A DNA stretch of 63,798 nucleotides, filler included. It is 4 parts of 4 records of this genome, joined end to end, with 100 filler letters (N's around TTAATTAATTAA, not from the genome) between each part and the next. Parts side by side here need not be neighbours in the genome. Positions count along the whole stretch, not along the records: positions 37,562 to 58,560 come from SRR31156797_1747; positions 58,661 to 63,798 come from SRR31156797_1756; 2 more parts are not named here. One strand, written 5' to 3'. This document shows positions 51,968 through 61,110 of this stretch, piece after piece (the first letter of the stretch is position 1; each line of letters opens with the position of its first letter). A program made the translations under genes and the position numbers. Under the pieces are notes generated by a model that was not told where the DNA came from, searched no databases, and saw nothing but the letters and a program-made list of their open reading frames with translations.

Positions 51968-53195
51968 ATCCCGCAAGGGATCAACAACGGCCATGATTGC
52001 CATGCTGCTCCCCTTTCTTCTGGGAGTTACGGGCATCGCCATTGATATGGGGAACACATACATGACGCACACCCGGCTTCAAGCCGCTGTGGACGCAGGT
52101 GCTTTAGCCGGAAGTCTGGAACTCCCATATGACCCAGACCTTTCCAAAGGCATTGTTCAGCAGGCCGTTGAGTCGATGGTGGACAAAAACATGGAAAGTG
52201 CTGAAGTGAAATCCGTTGTTGCCGGGACCGAAATCCGAAGTGTAGAAGTCACGGCACAAGCGGAAGTCAACCTGCTGCTCATGTCTGTCCTCGGCATGTC
52301 CGACTCCACAGTTGAAGCACGGGCAACAGCCGGATTCAACAAGCTGGAAGTTGTTTTCGTCATCGACAATTCCGGTTCGATGAAAGGCACACCGATCACT
52401 ATGGTAAAACAGGCCTCCATTGAGTTAACCGAACTCCTGATTCCTGACGGCGCAACACCGGACACCAAAGTCGGTCTCGTACCGTTCAGAGGCAAAGTTC
52501 GCATAGGCGAAGAATCCGGCCTTGATGCAGGCTGTTACAATGCTGACGGCACCCTCAACGAAGGCATCCACGAAGATTTCATGGACGACTACTGGCGTCT
52601 CTCCTCCTACTACAGACGAAAAATTACTCTGGATACATGCTCCGACCTGCCCAAGGCATTACCCCTGAGCAAAAACAAAAATCTCGTCATTGATTCCATC
52701 AATACCCAGACCGCAACGGGCGCATGGTCCGGCACGGTCATTCCCGAAGGCATCAAGTGGGCGCGTCACATCCTGACACCGGAAGCCCCATACACTCAGG
52801 CTGGTGACAAGGAAGATTTCCGAAAGATAATGATCGTACTCACTGATGGAGACACCGAAGACGGCGAGTGCGGCGGCAGCTACAGGGCTTCATATCGCCC
52901 CAACAATTATTGGACCAATGCCTATTTTGGCAGCGGACGGGATGACGCACACTGTGAAAATAGTGGTGTCCTTAATAACGACATGCTCTCCGAAGCTCAG
53001 TTGGCCAAGGATGCGGGTGTGGAAATATTTGCCATCCGATTTGGCAATTCAGACTATACGGATATAGCACTCATGAAAGAAATTGCATCCAGTAAGCCTG
53101 GAACAAACGACCATTACTTCGATGCACCATCCGTGTACGACATCCCCGAGATATTCAAGCAAATAGGCAAGCAGCTCGGCTGGCGCCTGCTGTAG
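51918..53195 (+). CDS. tadG: TadG-like protein with a vWA (MIDAS) domain
   Basis: RKG|STTAM, AIDMG..LQAAVDAGALAG, DNSGSM MIDAS motif, VLTDG. Confidence 0.88.
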   Translation: MTIHSSSSPRQPCRCPKSRKGSTTAMIAMLLPFLLGVTGIAIDMGNTYMTHTRLQAAVDAGALAGSLELPYDPDLSKGIVQQAVESMVDKNMESAEVKSVVAGTEIRSVEVTAQAEVNLLLMSVLGMSDSTVEARATAGFNKLEVVFVIDNSGSMKGTPITMVKQASIELTELLIPDGATPDTKVGLVPFRGKVRIGEESGLDAGCYNADGTLNEGIHEDFMDDYWRLSSYYRRKITLDTCSDLPKALPLSKNKNLVIDSINTQTATGAWSGTVIPEGIKWARHILTPEAPYTQAGDKEDFRKIMIVLTDGDTEDGECGGSYRASYRPNNYWTNAYFGSGRDDAHCENSGVLNNDMLSEAQLAKDAGVEIFAIRFGNSDYTDIALMKEIASSKPGTNDHYFDAPSVYDIPEIFKQIGKQLGWRLL

Positions 53196-53208
53196 GGAGA
53201 CAGAGGTT

Positions 53209-53676
53209 ATGCGCAAAAACACAAACAACTCCCGTAACAGAGGAATGGCTGCCGTTGAGATGGCACTTGTCCTTCCCATCCTGTTCATGCTGATCATGGG
53301 CATTGTCGAAGGAGGGAATGCCGCATACTCATGGTTGACCGTACAAAAGGCCGCCCAGATTGGCGCTCGATTCGCAGCCACTGGCCGTGGGGACGAAGAA
53401 GGCACGCGTCTTTCCCAGATCATCACTGCTACAGAAGCCGCTCTGACGACGCTGGAGAGTGAATCCTACGAGATCAACGTACGCTCGTGGCCAGATCTCG
53501 ACGCCTCAGGCGACGGCATCGACAATGATCCCGGCGCCCCATGTCAACTTGCCGAGGTGTCTGTTTTGTATACGTACAAGCCTTTTACTCCGATAGTTGG
53601 CGCAATATTACCGAACTCAATTCCACTGTATGGATATGACCGGAAAGTAAATGAACCATGGAAGCCATGTGAGTGA
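53209..53676 (+). CDS. Second TadE/TadF-like minor pilin
   Basis: NRG|MAAVEMALVLP; AAQIGARFA. Confidence 0.88.
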   Translation: MRKNTNNSRNRGMAAVEMALVLPILFMLIMGIVEGGNAAYSWLTVQKAAQIGARFAATGRGDEEGTRLSQIITATEAALTTLESESYEINVRSWPDLDASGDGIDNDPGAPCQLAEVSVLYTYKPFTPIVGAILPNSIPLYGYDRKVNEPWKPCE

Positions 53677-53699
53677 TACACCTGCACACTCCCCCCTCT

Positions 53700-53727
53700 A
53701 AAAAAAGCCCCTTATGGGGCTTTTTTT
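53700..53727 (+). terminator. Intrinsic terminator
   Basis: AAAAAAAGCCCC-ttat-GGGGCTTTTTTT. Confidence 0.85.
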
Positions 53728-53777
53728 ATGAAAAACTAATACAGAAAGTGTGAAGATTTATTGATTTCCACCCTAAC

Positions 53778-54584
53778 GTGGGGTACATTTCAAAATCACA
53801 AATTACGTGCAATGTTTTTCAGACAAAAGACAGGGAGCCCAGGACCTTGAGCGAATATCCAGAAGTACTCGGCGTCTATTCTCTTCAAATTGACGCAGAA
53901 ATAGGCACCGGCGGAACCAGCGTGGCGCACGATAACGTCACCTACTGGTACGCCCGTCAACTTTCCGAAAAAGAATTTGAAGTGCAGCCTCTCAACGCAC
54001 ATCACGTACCATCCGGCGTACGCAGCACCATGAAAGAACTGGACTTTCTCAAACAATATACTCCCGAACCCAAGTACTACAAACTCCATACAGTCCCAGC
54101 CCTCGACACTCTTGTCAGAAAAATAAAAATGGGTGAACAGGCGTTTGCCGACGGCAATCTGGACGAAGCAGAACAGCAGTTTATCAAAGCCCTCATGATC
54201 GATGAAAAGAACATCGATGCCAACTACGGGTTAGGGGAAGTTTATTCTGAAAAAAAAGAATTTGAAAAACTGAAAAAGATACTCAATACCCTACTGGGAC
54301 TGGACGAGGCGTTCACTTACGAACATCGGCAAAAATTCAATAAATTTGGTATTTCACTTCGTAAAAACGGCCATTACGACGAATCAATCCGCTACTACGA
54401 AAAATCTCTGGAGATCGTCGAAAGTGACGAGAACGTCTATTTCAACCTTGCTCGTGTCTTCTTTGAGAAAGGACTCAATGACCGCTGCATTACCAGTCTT
54501 GAACAGGCTTTGGCTATAAATCCTGATTTCATTGAAGCGCAAAAATTTCTTAACTACTGTAAGAAACAGAAGAAAAAGGAATAA
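53778..54584 (+). CDS. TPR protein with an uncharacterised N-terminal domain
   Basis: ANYGLGEVY, FNKFGISLRK and VYFNLARVF TPRs; start uncertain. Confidence 0.8.
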   Translation: MGYISKSQITCNVFQTKDREPRTLSEYPEVLGVYSLQIDAEIGTGGTSVAHDNVTYWYARQLSEKEFEVQPLNAHHVPSGVRSTMKELDFLKQYTPEPKYYKLHTVPALDTLVRKIKMGEQAFADGNLDEAEQQFIKALMIDEKNIDANYGLGEVYSEKKEFEKLKKILNTLLGLDEAFTYEHRQKFNKFGISLRKNGHYDESIRYYEKSLEIVESDENVYFNLARVFFEKGLNDRCITSLEQALAINPDFIEAQKFLNYCKKQKKKE

Positions 54585-54607
54585 TTTCCATCTTCGCTGC
54601 AACATCA

Positions 54608-54643
54608 ATAAAAAAGCCCGGACACATGTCCGGGCTTTTTTAT
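54608..54643. terminator. Bidirectional terminator
   Basis: ATAAAAAAGCCCGGAC-acat-GTCCGGGCTTTTTTAT. Confidence 0.88.
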
Positions 54644-54661
54644 TACAATTATAACTAAAGA

Positions 54662-55489
54662 TTACTCCTTGACCGATCCGGCCAGCAGGCCGCGAATAAA
54701 GTACCGACCAAGGAATATATAGATACACAACACGGGTACCGCAGCCATGATGGACCCTGCCATGGGGAGGTTCCAACTGACAGCCTGCCCCCCGGCGAGA
54801 TTCGCCAGCCCAACAGTGATAGGATTATCCGCATGTCTGGTCAGGCAAATACCCCAAAGGAACTCGTTCCAGATCTGAGTAAACTGCCACAACGATGTGA
54901 CCACGAACCCCGGAATGGACAAGGGAAACACAATACGCAAGTAAATAGAAAAGAATCCGGCTCCGTCCAGTCGACCGGACTCAATGAGAGCCGTAGGAAT
55001 CTGCGAATAAAAATTACGAAAAATAAGTGATGTAATGGGCAAACCGTAAACGATATGAGCCAAGATAAGACCGGGCAGACCGCCATAAAGGTTCATGGCC
55101 CTGAGTGTCTGAAACAACGGGATCAAAATGACCTGATACGGAATGAACATACCGAACAGGAACAATGTAAACACGATTTCCGAGCCTTTGAACTTCCATT
55201 TGGAAAAGACATATCCGTTAAGCGACCCGAGCACTGTGGAACCGATGGTGGCACAGATGGTCAGAATCATAGAGTTCACAAAGTTCGGTTTGAGCAGGTC
55301 AATCGCTTCGGAAAAGCTGCCCCAATTGAATGTGGACGGAAGCTCCCATGCAGAAGGAAGGCTGATGTCCGCGGGCATTTTCAATGCAGTCACAGCCGCC
55401 ATATACGCGGGCATCAAAAAGAACAGAGCCAGAACGGTCAACGTCCCGTACAGCAAAATGGAACCCGGTGTAATCTTCTTAGTAGACAT
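54662..55489 (-). CDS. Carbohydrate ABC transporter permease (MalG-like)
   Basis: EAA-type motif LIESGRLDGA; QFTQIWNEFL. Confidence 0.92.
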   Translation of the reverse strand: MSTKKITPGSILLYGTLTVLALFFLMPAYMAAVTALKMPADISLPSAWELPSTFNWGSFSEAIDLLKPNFVNSMILTICATIGSTVLGSLNGYVFSKWKFKGSEIVFTLFLFGMFIPYQVILIPLFQTLRAMNLYGGLPGLILAHIVYGLPITSLIFRNFYSQIPTALIESGRLDGAGFFSIYLRIVFPLSIPGFVVTSLWQFTQIWNEFLWGICLTRHADNPITVGLANLAGGQAVSWNLPMAGSIMAAVPVLCIYIFLGRYFIRGLLAGSVKE

Positions 55490-55490
55490 A

Positions 55491-56609
55491 TTAACGTCTC
55501 CCTCTCTGGCGATATTGACTGACCAGATAGGGCACGATGAACATGGCCGCGATCAGGAAAAGGACAAGGGCAATAGCCGCGCCTTGCGCAAAGTCATTGG
55601 CTCGGAAAGTGGTCAAATACATATTCAGGGCAGGGTGACCGGTTTCGGCGTTATCCGGGCCGGTCATGGCAAACACAAGGTCAAACATCTTGAGAGATAT
55701 ATGCGACAGAATGATAACCGCTGAAATGGTAATAGGCTTGAGCATGGGAATGGCGATATAGCGGTAATACCCGACTTCCGAAGCGCCATCGAGCATGGCC
55801 GCATCGCGCAAGTCCTGCGAGATACCATTGAAGCCAGCTAAGTATAAAGCCATGGTATAGCCAGAATACTGCCAAATGGTGGCCATGATAATACCGAGCG
55901 TGGCAAGGTTGAAGCCATGCTCTTCTTCCATCATATAGGCATCAGGGATAAGTCCACCGAACAGCCAGACAGCCGCACCGATCACAATACCCGGGACAAG
56001 CCACCGTTTCATTGCGCGACTGGTATCCTTCCGCATAGCGAAAACACCGACAAGAATGAGAACAAAGGAAATAAGGTACAACACAATTCGAAGGATATCC
56101 TGCCAGTTAAAGACAAGAATCGCCGCCTGACTGGAAAGCCAACCAAAGGTCATGGGTTCCATGCCCACATAGGTAGGCAGAATATTTACGCCGCCCTGAG
56201 GAGCAAGCAACCACCGCCAGATGGTACCGGACACGATAAACGACAAAGACATGGGATAAAGGAAGATCGTCCTCAACAGGTCTTCACCCTTGGGCTTCTG
56301 ATCAAGCAAAATGGCGATAAACATACCAAGTCCAACCGCTCCCACCAGCAGCATGACAGAATAATAGACCGCATTGACAAGGTCCTGTCGAAATCCTCCC
56401 CCCAAAAAACCGGTGAACAGGTCAATGTAGTTAGCCAGTCCGACAAAATTTTTCTCGGGTTCCAGCGCCAGTGCCCCTGTGCCACCCCAGTCTGTCAAAG
56501 AGGTCCAGATGGTGTTGCCAATGAATCCATAGACGAAAATCCCGATAAGGATCATCGACGGCAACAACGTCAAAAACGCTTTCAATCTATCCAGTGATGC
56601 TTCTCGCAT
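55491..56609 (-). CDS. Carbohydrate ABC transporter permease (MalF/UgpA-like)
   Basis: FVGLANY; WQYSGYTMALYLAG; DAAMLDGA. Confidence 0.92.
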   Translation of the reverse strand: MREASLDRLKAFLTLLPSMILIGIFVYGFIGNTIWTSLTDWGGTGALALEPEKNFVGLANYIDLFTGFLGGGFRQDLVNAVYYSVMLLVGAVGLGMFIAILLDQKPKGEDLLRTIFLYPMSLSFIVSGTIWRWLLAPQGGVNILPTYVGMEPMTFGWLSSQAAILVFNWQDILRIVLYLISFVLILVGVFAMRKDTSRAMKRWLVPGIVIGAAVWLFGGLIPDAYMMEEEHGFNLATLGIIMATIWQYSGYTMALYLAGFNGISQDLRDAAMLDGASEVGYYRYIAIPMLKPITISAVIILSHISLKMFDLVFAMTGPDNAETGHPALNMYLTTFRANDFAQGAAIALVLFLIAAMFIVPYLVSQYRQRGRR

Positions 56610-56648
56610 GCGTAACTCGAAATACGTAAAAATCTAAGAAAGGGCGGG

Positions 56649-56680
56649 GTGTGCCGAGAGCTACAATGCTCCCGGCACAC
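56649..56680 (-). terminator. Intercistronic hairpin after the binding-protein gene
   Basis: GTGTGCCGAGAGC-tacaat-GCTCCCGGCACAC. Confidence 0.6.
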
Positions 56681-56699
56681 AAACATACCCGTTTATTTG

Positions 56700-57953
56700 T
56701 TATATGCCGGACTTCTTAGCGAGCTGCTGGCAAGCCTTGCCTGCGGCAGTTGCATTCTTGGACTTGAGGAACATTTCCATAACGGACGCGAATCCACCCA
56801 TGAAAGTCTCATTGGCTGCAACGCCATGAGCCAGAGAACCAACAACACGGTCCTTGCCGAAATCGGCAGCAGCGGACTTGAGGTAGTCGTTGTACTTGCT
56901 CAGGTCAGAATCGGTACGGGCAGAGATGGAACCCTTGAGCGGGTTGAAAGTGTCACTGCCTTCCTTGGAACCGAGAATCTTGAGCCATGCAACAGCGTTG
57001 TCCCGATGAGGAGAGCCCTTGGGCAAACAAAAGGAGTCAGCCAGGAACATAAATTCGCCACCGGTACCAGGGGAAGCGGCCCAGCCGTATCCAGTGCCCG
57101 GAGCCAATTTCTTAGTGGTGGTCATGTAACCGGCAGCCCAGTCACCCATGATGTTGAAAGCGGCACGGCCATCGATGACCATGTCGGTTGCCTGCTGCCA
57201 GGACAGGGAGGAAGCGTCTGCATTGGTGTATTCCAAAACGCGACCAAACAATTCCCATGCCTTGATACCTTCGGGAGAATCGAAAGCAAGCTTGCCGGAC
57301 CACAGAGCATCCCAGTTGTCAGCGCCCAGAGAGGCCAGTGCAACGGATTCCCACAGATGGTTGGCGGTCCAGTTCTGAGCCAGAGCCAAAGGAGTGACGC
57401 CTGCGGCCTTCAGCTTTTCAGCTGCGGCGAAGAACTCATCCCAGGTCTTGGGAGCTTCGATGCCCCATTTCTTCAAATTGGCAGGCACATACCACATCAC
57501 GTTGGAGCGATGAATGTTCACAGGCACGGACCAGATACCCTTATCTGTACCGATGAGCTTAATCAGACCTTCGGGGAAAACGTCCATCCAACCCTGTTCC
57601 TTGAACAGCGGAGTGAGGTCTTCCATGCGGTCAGCTTTGACCCAGGTACCGATCAATTCCTGGCCTGCGTGAACCTGGAAAGAATCCGGCGGCTCACCAC
57701 CGAGCATACGGGTTTTGAGAACGGCCTTGGCATTGACGCCGGAGCCACCAGTAACCGTAGCATTGATTACGTTCACATTGGGATTCTGTTTCTTGTAAAT
57801 TTCAATCAGAGCGGCCAGAGCCGGGCCTTCATCACCAGCCCACCAGGAGAAGATCTCCAGATCGCCGGTCAGGTCTTTTGCCTGTGAAACCTGCGGTGCA
57901 CCAAGCAGCAGGACAGCGGCAAAAACGAGGAGCAATTTAGCAAAACCCTTCAT
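56700..57953 (-). CDS. Sugar ABC transporter substrate-binding protein (glucose-binding type)
   Basis: Signal peptide; [50 protein letters not shown]. Confidence 0.88.
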   Translation of the reverse strand: MKGFAKLLLVFAAVLLLGAPQVSQAKDLTGDLEIFSWWAGDEGPALAALIEIYKKQNPNVNVINATVTGGSGVNAKAVLKTRMLGGEPPDSFQVHAGQELIGTWVKADRMEDLTPLFKEQGWMDVFPEGLIKLIGTDKGIWSVPVNIHRSNVMWYVPANLKKWGIEAPKTWDEFFAAAEKLKAAGVTPLALAQNWTANHLWESVALASLGADNWDALWSGKLAFDSPEGIKAWELFGRVLEYTNADASSLSWQQATDMVIDGRAAFNIMGDWAAGYMTTTKKLAPGTGYGWAASPGTGGEFMFLADSFCLPKGSPHRDNAVAWLKILGSKEGSDTFNPLKGSISARTDSDLSKYNDYLKSAAADFGKDRVVGSLAHGVAANETFMGGFASVMEMFLKSKNATAAGKACQQLAKKSGI

Positions 57954-58029
57954 AATACCTCCTAAGGTTGTCGAAATATCCATAACCAATCAATTAACTA
58001 TTAAAACAACCACTTCAATAGATATAAAA

Positions 58030-58560
58030 TCAACGAAGTGCGTTGGTTGTCTCCGGGTCAAAAAGGACCATGCGATCAAACTCAAAACCAATGGGAACCA
58101 CTTCACCGGGATGGGCAACGACACGGCCTTCCACTTCGGCAATAAGTTCATTTTCGCCATCAATGACGATTTCAAGGTGAGACTGACCGCCGAGAATTTC
58201 AGAAACCACGACCTCCCCCTGGCACCACCATTCCTTGGGGAGTTTTTCGATATTATCGCCCATCTTGATGGAATCAGGACGCAGGCCGACCTTCACCGGC
58301 GCACCATCCTGCAAAGATTCAGCCTTGCCATCAACCACGGGGAATATGGAATTACCGACGATCACCTGCCGTTTTCCATTCTCTATACGGCACGTTCCAG
58401 ACAAAATATTCATGGGTGGATTACCTATGAACTGTGCAACAAAAATGTTGTCCGGGTCTTCGAAAACTTCGATGGGCGTCCCGATCTGCTGGATGTCTCC
58501 ATCCTTCAAAATAACGATTCGGTCGGCCAGTGTCATGGCCTCGATCTGGTCGTGGGTAAC
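58030..58560 (-). CDS. MalK-type sugar ABC ATPase, C-terminal part (truncated)
   Basis: [32 protein letters not shown]-like C-terminus. Confidence 0.92.
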   Translation of the reverse strand, partial: VTHDQIEAMTLADRIVILKDGDIQQIGTPIEVFEDPDNIFVAQFIGNPPMNILSGTCRIENGKRQVIVGNSIFPVVDGKAESLQDGAPVKVGLRPDSIKMGDNIEKLPKEWWCQGEVVVSEILGGQSHLEIVIDGENELIAEVEGRVVAHPGEVVPIGFEFDRMVLFDPETTNALR

Positions 58561-58660
58561 NNNNNNNNNNNNNNNNNNNNNNNNNNNNNNNNNNNNNNNN
58601 NNNNTTAATTAATTAANNNNNNNNNNNNNNNNNNNNNNNNNNNNNNNNNNNNNNNNNNNN
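58561..58660. other. Artificial contig spacer
   Basis: N run with TTAATTAATTAA. Confidence 0.98.
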
Positions 58661-58688
58661 ACCGGGGGTTCGAATCCCTCTCTCTCCG
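58661..58688 (+). tRNA. 3' end of tRNA-Ser
   Basis: GGGGG-TTCGAAT-CCCTC T-arm and TCTCTCC-G, complementary to the GGAGAGA start at 63725. Confidence 0.85.
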
Positions 58689-58693
58689 CTTCT

Positions 58694-58730
58694 AAAAGAG
58701 AGTTTCATTAATTTGAAGCTCTCTTTTTTT
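58694..58730 (+). terminator. Terminator after the tRNA 3' end
   Basis: AAAAGAGAGTTTCA..TGAAGCTCTCTTTT plus T run. Confidence 0.8.
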
Positions 58731-58869
58731 ATGCAAATAACTGGAAATTAAAAAGATTCCATCTCACCACCTATATTCTGGCTTTATTATCCCAGCTTTA
58801 AACTTTAAAGAAATCCATTTGGTTTTATTAATCAGTGATCTATCTAGTTCCAAATTAAATGAAAAAAGA

Positions 58870-58897
58870 TACCCCCTGAAAATAAATTCAGAGGGTA
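58870..58897 (-). terminator. Terminator of the carboxylase operon
   Basis: TACCCCCTGAA..TTCAGAGGGTA hairpin with an adjacent A run giving a U tail on the minus strand. Confidence 0.65.
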
Positions 58898-58922
58898 ATA
58901 AAAACTCAATATTAAATAGTCA

Positions 58923-60827
58923 TTAGGCTTTTGGCTCAATTACTAAAAGCAAATCGCCTTTAGCAACAGAATCGCCAGAATCGCATTTAATTTCTTTTAC
59001 AGTACCTTCGGCTTTAGCATCAAGATTATTCATCATCTTCATAGCTTCCAATACTACTAATGTATCTCCTACTTTAACTTCGTCGCCAACTTTAACTTTA
59101 CACTCAACAATCATACCTGGGATTGGAGCAACAACGCTTCCTGTAGCCATTTCATCGTTCGCAGATTCTTTTTTCTTACGACCTTTAAATTGAGGCGCAG
59201 CAGGACCGTTAGGGTCATTAACTTCTACAGTAAAGGTTTCTCCTTCAATTGTAACTTCAAGCTCACGACCATTACCTTTTCCTTTAGAAGTAAGCTCTCC
59301 TGAAAGTGCTTTTCTTACCAACTCATTCTCTTTTTCAACTTCTTCCATGGTTTTAGCTTTTACATCAGCAGGAACTTCCTCCAAACCATATTTCCATTTC
59401 AAAAAGCGTTTTCCTGTTATTGGATAAAGTGCGCATAAAACTTCGTCATCAATATCTTTAGCAAGATCACCGAATTCAGCTTTAACATCTTCCATTTCCG
59501 GCTCAAGAATAGATCCAGGACGAGCTGTAATAGGCTCTTCACCTCTTGGGTAATCCTTCAATGCTTTCTTTTGAACTTCAGGATCAATTGGATGAGTAGT
59601 TTTACCATACAATCCGAAACAAAGGTCTTTTACCTCTTTAGTAATCTGTGCATATTCTCCTTCGTAAGAATCAAACAATACATTGTTTACTGTCTGCACA
59701 CCAACAATTTGAGATGTAGGTGTTACCAATGGTATGTTACCTAGCTGCTTACGTACTTTAGGAAGTAAACGATACACTTCTGGTAATTTATCCAATGCAT
59801 CCATTGCTTTCAACTGATTTACAAGATTCGAAAGCATTCCACCTGGAGTTTGGTGCAACAATACATTGATATCAGTAGTAGCATACTTAGGATTATTATC
59901 CAAGTGCTTATATTTTGGAATGTATTTCTCCATTTCCTCAGCAATTGCATTAATCTTGTTAATGTCCATTCCTGAATCACGGTTCGTTCCCAATAGAGAC
60001 ATAATCATTGGCTCTACAGCTGCATGAGAAGTACGGTAAGCGTAAGGTCCGATACAAGTATCAACGATATCTACACCAGCTTCTATCGCTTTGAAAATAG
60101 CCAAGTCACCCATACCTGAAGTAAAGTGAGTATGTAAGTTGATAGGTGTATCAGTAAATTTCTTGATTTCTCGAACCAAATTGTAAATATCATAAGGAGC
60201 GATCAATCCAGCCATATCCTTAATACAAATAGAATCTACACCAAAACTGATAAGATCTTTTACCTTATTAAGGTAATATTCCATATTGTATACTTCACCA
60301 CCCAAGCGAGGTTGATTCAAAGTATAACATACAACACCCTGTAAGTGCTTTTTGTTATCCTTAATAACTTTTGCAGCAGTTTCGAAGTTTCTGAAGTCAT
60401 TCAACGCATCGAAACAACGGAAGATATCCATACCATTATCGATAGAACGCTGAACAAAAGATTGAACTACATCATCAGCATAGTTACGATATCCTACCAC
60501 ATTCTGCCCACGAAGAAGCATTGAGAATGGAGTTTTAGGCATATGCTTTTTCAATACTCTTAAACGCTCCCATGGATCTTCACCCAAGAAACGGTGCATA
60601 GTATCAAATGTAGCACCTCCCCAAGTTTCAACAGCATTATATCCTGCATCATCAATCATTTCAGCAACCGGAAGCATATCTTCAGTACGTCCACGAGTAG
60701 CAAACAACGACTGGTGCCCGTCACGTAAACTTACATCATTAATTTTAATTGGATTATCTGCCTTTGGACGATCTTTGTCAAAGTTCAGCTCGGTCATTTG
60801 TAAGACCCCGTGTTTATCGTATATCAT
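58923..60827 (-). CDS. Pyruvate/oxaloacetate carboxyltransferase fused to a biotin carrier (PycB/OadA-type, or transcarboxylase 5S+1.3S)
   Basis: LRDGHQSL, WGGATFD, MLLRGQN, IKDMAG, LHTH, VTPTSQIVG; biotinyl motif EAMKM. Confidence 0.92.
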   Translation of the reverse strand: MIYDKHGVLQMTELNFDKDRPKADNPIKINDVSLRDGHQSLFATRGRTEDMLPVAEMIDDAGYNAVETWGGATFDTMHRFLGEDPWERLRVLKKHMPKTPFSMLLRGQNVVGYRNYADDVVQSFVQRSIDNGMDIFRCFDALNDFRNFETAAKVIKDNKKHLQGVVCYTLNQPRLGGEVYNMEYYLNKVKDLISFGVDSICIKDMAGLIAPYDIYNLVREIKKFTDTPINLHTHFTSGMGDLAIFKAIEAGVDIVDTCIGPYAYRTSHAAVEPMIMSLLGTNRDSGMDINKINAIAEEMEKYIPKYKHLDNNPKYATTDINVLLHQTPGGMLSNLVNQLKAMDALDKLPEVYRLLPKVRKQLGNIPLVTPTSQIVGVQTVNNVLFDSYEGEYAQITKEVKDLCFGLYGKTTHPIDPEVQKKALKDYPRGEEPITARPGSILEPEMEDVKAEFGDLAKDIDDEVLCALYPITGKRFLKWKYGLEEVPADVKAKTMEEVEKENELVRKALSGELTSKGKGNGRELEVTIEGETFTVEVNDPNGPAAPQFKGRKKKESANDEMATGSVVAPIPGMIVECKVKVGDEVKVGDTLVVLEAMKMMNNLDAKAEGTVKEIKCDSGDSVAKGDLLLVIEPKA

Positions 60828-60882
60828 CTTTTTATCTTTTTTTTGTTGATTAATACTTTTCCTTGTACCTCGGAAAATAGAA

Positions 60883-61071
60883 TTATGCACTTCGTAGACT
60901 TCGACCACGAAGCTGTACAATCTTACGTTTGGTCATCATCATTTTAATGCCAGTACGTGACCATGAACCATTAGTCGAACCTTCATTCTTTAATGCTTCA
61001 GCTTTCTCTAACTCTATGTGGTGAGCAACCGCTACTAAAGCTGCTTTTTTAATCTTTTCTTCTCGTGTCAT
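60883..61071 (-). CDS. Small soluble carboxylase accessory subunit (epsilon-like)
   Basis: 62 aa between the two carboxyltransferases; AALVAV..W...G...M..R pattern; no TM helix. Confidence 0.65.
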   Translation of the reverse strand: MTREEKIKKAALVAVAHHIELEKAEALKNEGSTNGSWSRTGIKMMMTKRKIVQLRGRSLRSA

Positions 61072-61110
61072 AATTATTGGTATTAATAATTAATTTATTA
61101 AAAGTATTTC

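Noticed and set aside
56649-57887. 412-aa ORF antisense to the sugar-binding protein
   Set aside because: Mirrors the real gene on the opposite strand; no domain features.
21856-58660. Three identical TTAATTAATTAA motifs inside N runs, and apparent linkage of T9SS, sulfatase, Tad and carboxylase genes
   Set aside because: These are artificial contig joiners. Composition and promoter types differ between contigs, so cross-spacer neighbourhoods and apparent horizontal transfer are artefacts.
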